A program made the translations under genes and the position numbers. From positions 25,009,233-25,073,232 of the forward strand of contig OZ316892.1 of assembly GCA_973895155.1 (NCBI GenBank): a stretch of DNA of 64,000 nucleotides, written 5' to 3'. The DNA comes from Marsupella aquatica (Eukaryota > Plantae > Marchantiophyta). Positions 14,058 to 25,001 of this stretch are shown in pieces (within the stretch, counting starts at the first letter, position 1; each line of letters starts with the position of its first letter). The notes under the pieces were generated by a model. That model did not search any database and was not told the origin of the DNA. It saw nothing but the letters and a program-made list of their open reading frames with translations.

Positions 14058-14510
14058 GTCCCCTTGTTAAAACAAATCTTAGGGGTCCCTGTACCTACGC
14101 TACTATATATATATAAGAAAAAAGAGCTAGGGGGTTCATTTTATCCAACCTATCAAAAATCAAGCGCACACCTCATATGACGATTTATGCTCCTGGAGGC
14201 ATGCTACTAAGTCCAGAGATTAAAAAAATAAAAACGAGCTATGGGAGTTTATATCAATCGTCCCCTTGTTAAAATTCTTAGGGGTTCCTACGCTACGCTA
14301 CTGTATATAATATATATACAAACATAAATAAAAACGAGCTAGGGGGTTCATTTTATCTAACCTATCAAATATAAAGCGCACACCTCATATGACGATTTAT
14401 GCTCCTGTAGGTATGCTAGTAAGTCCAGACATAAGAAACAGCGGGCTATGGGAGTTCATATTAATCCAACCTATCAAAGAAAAGCGCATACCACTAATGG
14501 CGATTTAAAT
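14058..14510. repeat. Tandem repeat, ~200-bp unit, two copies plus a partial copy
   Basis: gtccccttgttaaaa...gagctagggggttcattttatc.aacctatcaaa...aagcgcacacctcatatgacgatttatgctcctg occurs at ~14058 and ~14260, with a partial third copy at ~14445. Confidence 0.85.
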
Positions 14511-15649
14511 GTAAATAACTCCACATAAAGATATCATCCAGTGCAAGTCAAGTTAGTTACTGTGGCACTGCACTCCCTATAAGGGAAAGTGTGTCCCTAT
14601 CGGGCGCCTTTTGTTTTTTTGCAGTATATATTTGGCTTATATCATATGGCTATATTCTGCTGTTAAATAATATCACCAAAATGGACCCTTTATATAGGTC
14701 AGTGATTTTAATCTAATTTCTGATTCCCAGCAGTATAGCTTGCAGCGCTTCAGTATCGCACTATTTCTTAGTCTGGTGTTGCCATGCCAAAAAAACTACT
14801 CTAATTGATTGAATTCAAACAAAAATAAAGCTGCAATTATTTATTTATTTATTTATTTATTTTTTGAAAATACGTGTTTATTAGAGAAGCCACCACGGCA
14901 AAGACCAGCGAGGCAGGCAACAAACCACACAGAGGGTCACACACCCCAATCGGCGACTAAACGCCAAAAATTGCCCCAACAGTACACAAGGTCACCTCCT
15001 AAAGAAAGGCCAAGCCAAGGGGGAAGAAAGAAAAATAACTAAGTTACACAACAGGCAAACAAGGCACCACCTGCAGGCAAAGGGGGGCCTCAATAAATGC
15101 CAAAATAAAGCTACAATGTCAATCCCTTATTTAGTGGATCCCTATGAACAGGCTCCTGGTCATTTGAAGCCCATTTTCATTACACTATTGACTGTTATTA
15201 GTATGACTCCCACTGATTGTGAGCAGGCATATTTAGTCTAAACATGAATCAGCTTTACACACACAGTCACACATTTTTAGTACATCAGTCTGTGTTCCTT
15301 TGGTCTCAAGAGCGGAAATGAATTAATGGAGAAAAAACTGTTTTCAAATTTACACAATAATTTGTGTCAATATCACCCATTTAACCAGCACTTTAGATTA
15401 AAAAAATTAGACTAATGTAGAACTGACAAAAATTAGAATTATAATCAACTCAAGATGATTTAAGTCGCGAATACGACTTTCATCTACTCACGATCTTTCC
15501 GGCATTGCCTAACTCCAACATTGAACCTCTGTAGATTTGCTACCAACATGGTCAATAGGGATAAAATTAAGGATGAGAAGAGTAATAAGAGCAATGGCAG
15601 TGATTATTCAGTCTAGGACTTGAGAAAAGCACGACCATGGATAGCTCTA

Positions 15650-16283
15650 ATGGGCCATTATTGACCATTGAAAAATGACCTATTTTTCAACAAAGCATCG
15701 TAGATACCCAGGAAGCTCTACATGAGCCAAGTCATGGGGCCCTGTATTCCTGCCCGTATTTCCAGGACAACAGACCTAGGGGTCTAACGTAATGGTCGAC
15801 TCAAGTTTATACTTCTATTTTGCGCTGGTTGTCAACCATGGAAAATGAACCATTTTTATAACATATCACCATAGGAGCCCAAAAAAGTACACATGAGCTC
15901 GATCATGAGTTCACATATGTTCTGGCCAACAGATCCAAGGGTTTAAAGCTATGACCAACTCAAGTTTATACTTGTAGTTTTGGGTCAATTACCAATCATG
16001 GAAAAATAAATAAATTTATATTTGTAATTCAAGTTATATTTAAGTTGGAAAATTAATCCAAAATTAATTAATCATGGAAAAATAAATTAGTCCAAAATTA
16101 ATTATATTTGTAATTTAAGTTTATATTTGTAATTCTGGGTCGATTGCCAATCGTGGAAAATATACCTTTTTCTTACAAATCACCATAGAAGCCTAGGAAA
16201 ATTCATGTGAGCCCAATCATGGGCCGCATGTTTCTTGGCTAAGGGATCCAAGGATCTAAAGTCATGTTGTTTCAAATTTATAC
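15650..16283. repeat. Degenerate ~160-170-bp tandem repeat array, left part, interrupted by the P-like transposon
   Basis: Units share caagtttatactt.ta.ttt...ca(a/t)c(a/g)tggaaaa...aaatcacca(t)ag...catgagc...catgggg. The array resumes in register at 25448. Confidence 0.8.
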
Positions 16284-16879
16284 CCCGGGGTCCTCACTTA
16301 TTTCCTTCCGACCCATCACGCGCGAATAAGTATAGGGTTTTTTAATTCAATTTTGCAGAATACTTAAGAAGTTTTGTTGAAGAACTTTAGGGGTTGAGAA
16401 ATACATATTGCAACTTAGAATTATAATAGGGGTGCTAAAAACCTCACTTCTTCAAATTAAGTTGTTAGTTTAAGATAGGGCATTTTAAGAGAGGCCATAT
16501 ATGAGGAACACGTGTCAGTTTTTAATTGGTACACGTGGCACTTCCTTATGTACATTAATAGGTTGTAGGGTTTGGGGGAAAATGGGGGTTCTGTGGTGCG
16601 GTGAGACTTTGAGGGAAAATTTTGAATTATGTGGGCGGGAGGTACTGGTGGCTTGGTGGACCATGATGGGGAAGGGAGGGGTTAGGGTAGGTGGGAGGGT
16701 GGGAAGTGTCGGGGCCTTTAGGGCCATGCATTCGATCCATCCATCCATCCATTAGTTGGGCATCCAATGGTTGAGCGTTGCCTGGCTGTTTAGGGCAAAT
16801 GTGAGACCGTTGGAGAGGATTGCGCCTTGTGAACGCTACGGAGTGTGCAGGGTGAGCCGTGGACCGAGGGGCTAGGTGT

Positions 16880-18000
16880 TGCTTTGATCTTTTTCGAAGG
16901 AAATGCATGCTGAAACTAGCCGGGCTGCTGCAATCGTGATCGATGTGAGCTGGGGGTCGGGGTCTAGGCATTGCTTCGAGCATTTCTTGAAGGAAAGTTT
17001 ACACACAGACTGGGCACTACGGATCTATTGATGGAAGGTGGCAGCTTCGAGTGTAATTGAGGGACGTCGCGAGTGTGACTAAGGTCGCAGCTGAAGTTGA
17101 TCGGGACTAGATTGAAAGTGATTGGGCGACTGCGGGCACTGTGGGTGTGATCAAGTTGGCTGCTGCTGGGATTGATGTGCAAACTTCAATCACAGCCGCA
17201 ACATTGATTCAAGTTGTTTTGAAGGAATTTTTTACACACAAGCTGGGCAAGTCTGCGGTTGTGATAGAGGTGTAGCTGAAGTTGGGGCTGAGTGAAGTTG
17301 GCTGCGCGAATGTGGGTGTTGCAACTTAGTTTGATGAAGGCGCGCTGTACATGAACAAGTGAAAAATGCGCAGGGTGAGATGGGGGTCGAGGCTGTGCAC
17401 TACCGCAAACGTTTTTGAGAGGAATGCACACAGATTGGGTGTTGCAGCTGCGATTGAGACCTTGGGCAATATGTGCAATGGAGTGAGATCGGGGTGCGCT
17501 GCTGCTGTGATGTCCAAGTGAGGTTGGGGTACGCTGCTACTGCGATTGAGTTGGTAGGGGTGCATTGGAGCTGCTACTGCGATTGTTGATTGAAGTTTGG
17601 GTGATCAGTCTGTTGCTGAGTTGCGATTGAGTCACGGTTTACTGTTGCTGTGATTGATCAAGCGGAGGTCAGGGTGTGCTATTGCGCTGCGTTGCTTGCA
17701 AATCCGCATCAAATCAAGATTGAGTGGAGGTCGGGGTGTGCTGCTGTATTGCGCTGCATTGCTGGCTGTGCTCAAGTGAAGGTCGAGTGAAGATTGAGTG
17801 AGTTTCTGTTGCTGTGATTGAGTCGAGGTGGGGTGATACAAGCTTCGCTGTGTTGCTGGCTGCAAACAAGTTCATAGAAGGTGTGGTTGAGTGGTTTGCT
17901 GGTGCTGCAATTGAGTGGAGGTGGGCTGATTTGAGCTACGCTGATCAAGCTCCGCCCTGAAGTCCAAGTGCAAGTAAGCTGCCTGATCAAGCTCTGCTCT
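16880..18000. repeat. G/T-rich degenerate repeats in the 5' region of the transposon
   Basis: Recurrent tttgaaggaa...cacaca.a(c/t)tggg, gggggtcg(g/a)gg and gctgctactgcgattg motifs. The short minus-strand ORFs here are low-complexity artefacts. Confidence 0.55.
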
Positions 18001-19347
18001 AGGCTCGCCTGGGTGACTGTGTTGTGTCATGCTTTGACTGCATCTGGTGGAGTTCTCACTCACTTTCCTACTACTTTAATTTGATCTTTAGACTACATTG
18101 TAGTCAATGCTTGGTTTCTTTGCTAGATAGTGCTGTAATCTTTGTGTCTCGTTTGCTCTCAAGTTCCCGATTGACTTTGCGTGCAGGAAGCCCTATGTAC
18201 TGTTCTTTTGTTTAGAAGCCAGCTATTTGATGCAACTATTCTAGTGATTTTGGCATGGCCAAAGGAGGACTGGCCTGAATGCCCACAATAAGTATTATAG
18301 CTTAGGGTGGGCGTAGTTCTTCTTCCACCCTCTGGAGTACTGTATGGGGATTCTATTTGCACATGGTTCTTTCTGCATGGGACTGACTATATCATTCTTC
18401 CCAGAGTTGCTTTTGACTGTGAATAGCTAATCATTCATAGAACAATGCAGTGTTTAGAGCTCTCAAATAATCCATGATATATGTACCTCCCCCTCTTTTG
18501 CAAGCACCCTGACTACATATTCAAGTGAAAAGAAATAGTACTTTACCATGTTCAACTATGCATTATTCGACTGAACTAGAAATAGACAACTGAAGGAAGA
18601 ATCTAATAAGAATTAGATTAGTTGCTGAAAATAAGTCAAGAATCAAAAGCTTTCATTGACATTCAGTTGGCAATGTGTTGTGCAGCTTGTTCAAGAAGAG
18701 GACAGTGCTTGGTCTAGGGTCTGTGTAATTTTAGGACCTGGAATCAGTTCTTGCCAAGGTACGTTAAGTTGTGGCTCTTGTGTTGACAATGTTATTTCTT
18801 GGTTTATGCTCAGTTCTCCATGACTCTGCAATTGTTTACTGTCTGTACAACTAAGCTCTTTTGTACTCCTTTGTTGTGTCTGGTCTTAGTTATTGGATGT
18901 TTTATGGTATACTTCATTTGCCTCTCTTAAGTCCTTAGTTTATGCATTTAGTCTCCTATTTGCTCTCTACCAGGGAATGAATTTCCATTGGGAATGAACC
19001 TGGCCTCGGTTACACTCCTCGAGCTCAGTCACCTACATTTCTGATCAGTTTAAAATATGTTCTGAACTCTTCTTGCAGGATGGATTGGTTTCCTGATTGG
19101 TTTAGAGTGTAGGGGAAGTATTTCAGAAGCTTCAGCAATATACGTTCAAATCCAAAAATTGTGTACAGAGCAGACAATCAAGGTAACTAATTATGCTTAT
19201 CTTTAAGATGCTCAATTTGTAGTTGCACCAATAACTATGAATGTGCTGTTCAATGCTGAATGGATATCGAGGCAGGGGTTGAAATTGGATGCTAAGTGAA
19301 TGGAGCATTTGTTGTGCACAGGTAAAATCATCATCAGACAAGCTGAG

Positions 19348-20013
19348 ATGGCTTTAGATGTACCACGGATTGACATATTTTCCCATAAGGAGCACCACCG
19401 CATGGATCCCCCTTGTTGTTTCTTCTGTGATGAGACAGATGATGTGGTATTTTGTGATGGTCCTTGTAGTAGACATTTTCACTTCGTTGGTGGAGAAGGT
19501 ATGCAGGGGGCCATTTGCACTCCTGTCACATTGCCTGAAAACAATGACTGGAGGGCACCCTGGGTTTGTCAACTGTGTGCTGCCGGTAGAGCTAGATGCT
19601 TTGCTTGTGGACTCATTGGCAGATTTGAAAATCCCACAACACAAGAATCTCTTGTGCTCCACTGTGCCCACCCTCATTGCTTTTCTCATTACCACCCTGG
19701 CTGCCTTAGGGTGCTACTTATGGTTGGGGCACTGCCTCATAGGTCTCATCCAGCAAGTCCTAAAAACCTAATGTGCCCAAGGCATTTTTGTGACTACTGT
19801 AAAGTCTACAAGGATGGGATTAAAAACTTTGTACAGTGTCGCAGATGCCCTCGCAGTTGGTGTCATGATGAGACACCTGGGGGGGTGAAACACCTTAGGA
19901 GGTGTGTGAAGGGTAGGGACCATTGGGATGTGGAAGGGTGGCATTTTATTTATTGTCACAGGCATGCAATACCTGAGGGGGAATTGGTTCCTGTGCAGCC
20001 TCATACCTCTTAG
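19348..20013 (+). CDS. Multi-PHD zinc-finger protein (NSD/EDM2-type tandem PHD and variant PHD), transposon-borne
   Basis: Open ORF (track 19300-20013). The likely start is MALDVP at 19348, because a candidate splice acceptor ttgtgcacag ends at 19320. Motifs: CFFC..DDVVFCDGPCSRHFH..C...W.CQLC, then RCFAC...LHCAHPHCFSHYHPGC, then CPRHFCDYC...VQCRRCPRSWC...IYCHRH, the Cys/His spacing of NSD-family PHD arrays. Confidence 0.85.
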   Translation: MALDVPRIDIFSHKEHHRMDPPCCFFCDETDDVVFCDGPCSRHFHFVGGEGMQGAICTPVTLPENNDWRAPWVCQLCAAGRARCFACGLIGRFENPTTQESLVLHCAHPHCFSHYHPGCLRVLLMVGALPHRSHPASPKNLMCPRHFCDYCKVYKDGIKNFVQCRRCPRSWCHDETPGGVKHLRRCVKGRDHWDVEGWHFIYCHRHAIPEGELVPVQPHTS

Positions 20014-20288
20014 AGGCTGTGAGAAATATTGCTAGAATTTCTTTGCTAGAGGCCTTATAACATGAGTAATCACATGTGAACAATGATAACAAGATTTTGT
20101 TTTTGTTGGTCTCCAAATTTGGAGATCAAAAGCTTTTTTGAACTATTTTGGAGTAATCTCTAATACTCTTTGTATTGTTTTGTTCACTATGCTATATGGC
20201 AGGTTCAGTCTATATGGGAGGTTCTTTACGTGACTGTGATTGTATTTAGAACCCTTGATCACTCTCTAACTTGAACAAATTGATTGAA

Positions 20289-23200
20289 ATGGCTGCCCAG
20301 TTTGTAAAATTTACTTCACAAAAAAAGGGATGTGGTCATTGATGGGAAAGATGAAGAACCTATAGCTGTGTTGGCCTTCAAAGAAGGACAAACTTTAGCT
20401 GATTTTCGAAGTTGAATTCCTGATTTGGTTGATTTTGATTTTGATTTCTGGGATTATAGACTTCCTGGTCGCATGAAGGTCAAGAGTGAGAAAATGACTG
20501 AGTTGTCTGAATTGGATGGGAAAGTTGCTGTCATTGAACAAATAGGATCCTTGCCGACTGGTAGAACACAGTTTCCATCAGTATCTCCTGCTGTCACCCA
20601 ATCGGTTGCAGTGGACTCTTCACAAGGTGAACAGCTTCAAGAAGCTCCCCCTATGAGAGCTTCTTTTGAGTCTCTTCTCATGTCTCAGGCGGCTGTCAAA
20701 GTCTGGAATGATGAATATATAAGACTAGAGAAGTGGATTCACAAGAATGGTTATAAAGCTCATAATTGGAGAATTCGAACTTGGGATGAAGGACAGGATG
20801 TGAGAGGCCATCTGGAGTGTCTTGAATGTAGAGTGATCTATGGGAGGGCAAACAATTCACAAGATAAGAAGTCAGTTGCTAATTTGTTCAGCAATTTTAA
20901 GACCAAGCACCTTGCCTTTGCTAAACACAAAGACAATTACTGCAGGAGAATGGGCATTGCTATGACTGGGGTCAAGCCCTCAGATCTTGCACAAAAGCCT
21001 GAGTTTGATTATGAGGGGGCCATAGCAACTAGCCTAGAGATAGTCCAGACTCTGAATGTTGAGTGTGGAGGTGATGATGAGCTATTTCATGTGCCCCCTG
21101 TGCCTGGTTTAGCCAATAATGCAAACAAGTGGTTCCTGTATAAGGTCAGGTGTAAGGTTTGTGGGGCAATCATGGATCTGGTTTGTAAGAAGGGGACTTT
21201 GGATCACAACCTGAGGACACACTTGGTCAGTCGGGGTCACCTGGATGTAGTTGAAGCCAGAGAGAATACTGCTGAACTTGCATTGAGATCTGGAAAGAGG
21301 GGCAGACCAAGGAAGCCAGATGAGAGGGATCAACATCCTTCCCAAAATTCAATTTTAAAATTCTTCAAGGAGGATGCTTCCAATGCAAGCAGCAGCTCTG
21401 GCACAGGTGGGTCTGTAGACATCGATATGGGCCTAAGTTTGCTCTGTTGGGGAATATGGGATGAATATGTAGAGTGGAAGAATGTGAAGTATGTTGTGAA
21501 GGGTATCTTGCAGGATCAGCATGGAGGACATGTATGGAATGTGAATGCCACAGTCTCTGTTGATGTCTACAATCCTAATACAAATTCTATTGTACATATA
21601 GAAGGACTATTTAGGCATAAACAGTGTTGTAGGCTGTCCTTGTATGGTGGAGGGTTTCTGAACTTAACTTGCAGTAGATGTCATGCTATAACACTAGAAG
21701 ATGACTTTCGTGGGCGGGTGCACAGGGAAGCGGAGGCTTTAGCAAAGAGAGGGGAAAGAAGCACAGAGGGTGGTTTGAATGCACGTTACTTGACACGTCC
21801 AGAGTTGCCCACATAGATGCATGGTCTCAATGTCAAAAGAAGAAAAGAGGGATGGTTGTTGGCATTACAAAACTCAGAAAGTGTGTGCCCTTAGTACTAG
21901 GAAGAGAAAATTGCAAGAACTGTTAGGAGTAGCTGCAGACAGAAAAGATTTGAGACTTTTCCTAAGGAGTATAGTCAATGGACATAGGAATGGTGCATTT
22001 GGTGGAAAAGAAGGTCTGTGGGATTTTCTGAAAGATGTAGGTAGAAATTTGGAGAGAAGTGCAAGGGGGTTTCGTTACAGTCAGAAAACAAAAGCCATAG
22101 CTCAGGCTATGTTTCAATATGGGGGCCGGTAGGTGGCCCATGTTTTTGCAAGGAACTTAGCTGGGCCAAGCCTGAAGACACTAAAACGAGATAGAGCAAA
22201 ATTTGTTCAATTTTGTGCTGGAATTAGGCCAGAAACATTCAAGGAGGTGGCTTGAATTCTGTCTGCTGCAAAGGAGATATTGGGAATTGAAGGAGATGTA
22301 CCTGTCATGCTTGCAGAGGATGAAACCAGGATCAAGGAAAGCCCAAGGTATGTTTGCATATTATAGCACATAATGATGCAATTGAAGGTGAAGATTATTT
22401 GTGATGCATAGTTTTACCAATTCTTTGAAATTGACTTGGTTTTCATTGGGCTCTCTGCAGGTGGGAGGCCAAATATGACACTTTGATTGGTTTTTGTGGC
22501 CATAAGGATGGGCATACCTGTGAATTTGGATTAGAAATTCTTGTAGGTGATGGTGAGGATGGCTATAACAAGATTGTAAATACATTTGAGGATTTTAACA
22601 AAGGAATGTATGCTAGAGTTGTCATTGTGAATCCATTGCATGTTGGAATGCCAAAGTTGGCCTTCTGTGCTATATCAACATGTAACAAGTTCAAGGCAGA
22701 ATGGGTTAGAGAGCACTGGAAGCAATTAAAAGAATCTTGGGATCTACATTGCAGAGACTCTGTAGGTCCTTTGCTTGGGCATGCTAGTGATGGTGATGCA
22801 AGGCGCAGGAAATTGATGTTAGAAGATTACAGAGGAGCTAATGGGTCTTACCCTAGATTTTCTGTAGGGTGGGAAGGATGGCCTTACTCAGTTGCCATAT
22901 TGCCTAATGGGGACCTGTATGGTTTTGGTGATCAAGACCAGCCTCACAATGGGAAAAAACTTATTAACCCACTAGATCGAGTGTCCTCAATAATGGCACT
23001 TGGAGACCAACATGCTTCCCTGTTTCATGTCTGTAATGTGTACAATAACTATCCAATCCATCAACATGGATTGAATTGGGATGATGTGAACAGATTGGAC
23101 CGTCAAAACTGGGCTGGTCCCCAAAGGATAGCATCAAAAAAGGTGCGTGACTGTTTAGCAGATTTGCATGGAAGAATTGATATGTTGCATGAACGATCCA

Positions 23201-24868
23201 AGTTTGGGGACAGAGTTGTATCTGCAGATCTGTGCAGACTATATTGACATTTTCTACTCCCAGAGACATGACCTGAGGACTAGAGTGAAGCTGGCAGGTA
23301 AAGTTTCTTGGTTCTTTCGATTGTGGAGGTTGTGATTGAGGTATGGTGATCATGCTGTAGGTGGAAATGTTGCTTCACATACAGAGAGAAATATGATATC
23401 AATCCAAGCTTTTCATGATGTTAACATGTCATGTCAGTTTATTGTATTGCTTATATGTGCATTTCGTGATAAGTTTTCTCACTTGTGTATTCCATTTTAT
23501 GAGTTAGGTTCTGATTGTTGTGAGATATTTTTCAGCAAAGTAGGTGGAATGAGTGGCCACAAGAGGAATTATGATTTTGGCTCCTTGCTGGACAGTGCTG
23601 TAGGGTTAAATCATCTTGCTGGATTAGAATGTGGACCAGAGGGCTTGAAAATAGCTCGATCACATAAAAAGCAAGATCATGTATGGGCCAAGCTTCATCC
23701 TTTACTTGAAGGTGAAGATGCACCTAATCTTTTTGATTACTCTGAAGTGCAAACTAATGAGTTGGTGGTTGCAGCCTTGAAAGAAGGTTTTGAAGAAGCA
23801 AGAGAGTTTCTTAGAAGGTTACAAATGTCTCCTAGAAGTGATCTGCCAGCAGCAAGAAAGCGATGGTGGACTCACCCTTGGGATGTGGAAGTTCAGACAT
23901 GGCCAAATTCAGCTATAATAGCAGAGGCAGTTATTGTTGACGATTCTGAAGAGCATGTAGAGCACAGATCTCCAATTGGACCTCGTCCAGAAGGAGATTT
24001 TCATGAATTTGAAGACCCTGAGGAAGATCTAAATCGAATTGATGCATGGTTGGCAGATGAGCTAACCATTCCTGATGATGTTTTGCAGGATGGGGTTGAG
24101 TTAGACATACCAGAAACTCATTCTGTGGAGGTAGATACTTTGGGGCATGAGGTTCGTCATGTGCTGTCTTCTGTTGTAGCTGAGTTTACACAGTCTTTTC
24201 AGAGCCCTCTACAGGAAAAGAAGAAGGTTTTGCCTACAGTTACATATGAGGGTAGAACAATTTACAAATCAACTTTGGTGAGTCAATTAGTGGGCAACCC
24301 TCATTTGTCTAAAGATAGGCTGACAAGAGTGAAGCAAGTGGCATACTATAATCTTGGTAAGAGGAAACAATGTGATCCGAATACTGTGACTTGTTTTGTT
24401 GATGTTGGGAGTGATTGTGGAGTAGCATTTGAAAGTGCTAATGATGCAGGCCCTTCTACAAGATCAAAAAAGGGGAAAGGTAAGGGAAGAGGTAACTCTA
24501 GGATCCAAGAACCAGTAGTGTAAGTAAAGAAAGAATTTTGGCTTGGTCGGATTATGATGATGAGACAAAAAGTTAAGGGACAATGGACTAGAGTGAGATC
24601 TGCTATTGATTTGCTTGACAGACCAACACCTCCTCATGGACACGTAGGGAGTATTTGTCAGTTCTTGTTCAATTGGTATAAGCCAACAAGCTCAAGCAAA
24701 GTTGAATTCACTTATGATACAACTGATTTACAATGGATTGATATAGAAATGGTGATGACTAATGTTACTCTAACCATGAAACAAGGGATTGGATTAGTGT
24801 ATGTGTTAGATCGAGTTGATAAACAAGCTTTGGATACTTATTTGGAGACCATGTCTAGAGTTGAATGA
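20289..24868 (+). pseudogene. Decayed P-element/THAP9-like transposase with one intron (22348-22460)
   Basis: The reconstructed frame gives GPSLKTLKR (compare LPSxRTL), catalytic D in MLAEDET (GAT 22319-22321), ASDGD (22789), DQPHNGKKLINPL (DxxH), DRQNWAGPQRI (compare DKMNV..A.QL) and LGSDCCEIFFS (E at 22522+1000=23522; compare QDxLExFF). The GT-AG intron joins ...ESPR|WEAKYDTLIGFCG in frame. In-frame stops lie at 20413, 22130, 22253, 23333 and 24521, with frameshifts near 20325, 21810 and 23200. Confidence 0.88.
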
Positions 24869-24940
24869 TTTTCATGCATCAATAGTCATGGTAGTGGTTT
24901 TAGTATGTATAGGGGATAGGTTAGGGGAATAGGCTAGGGG

Positions 24941-25001
24941 GTGGCAGATTTGGATACTTAAGCTTCTTGCTCAATCAGGGGTTCAATTCCCCTCTGCCAC
25001 A
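24941..25001 (+). ncRNA. tRNA-like (mascRNA/t-element-like) structure downstream of the transposase
   Basis: Perfect 7-bp acceptor stem GTGGCAG/CTGCCAC (24941-24947/24994-25000) abutting a 5-bp T-stem AGGGG/CCCCT with a canonical TTCAATT T-loop. There is a GG-containing reduced D region and a short stem-loop TTAAGC-TTCTT-GCTCAA. Expression is not shown. Confidence 0.55.

Noticed and set aside
16501-18362. Cluster of 60-118-aa ORFs on both strands
   Set aside because: These are by-products of G/T-biased degenerate repeats with no recognisable domain.
22780-22960. SDGD motif suggesting a Kolobok, Mutator or hAT transposase
   Set aside because: The downstream motif is DxxH rather than CxxH, followed by DRQN and SDCCEIFFS, and the TSD is 8 bp rather than TTAA or 9 bp. 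P-like fits better.
20425-24868. Five separate ORFs in the track (463, 103, 254, 395 and 104 aa) that look like an operon-like multi-gene cluster
   Set aside because: They are consecutive pieces of one transposase broken by stops, frameshifts and one intron. The catalytic motifs fall in the expected order across them.
24941-25001. Functional tRNA gene
   Set aside because: It is only 61 nt, with no D-stem and no 7-nt anticodon loop. It is kept as a tRNA-like element.
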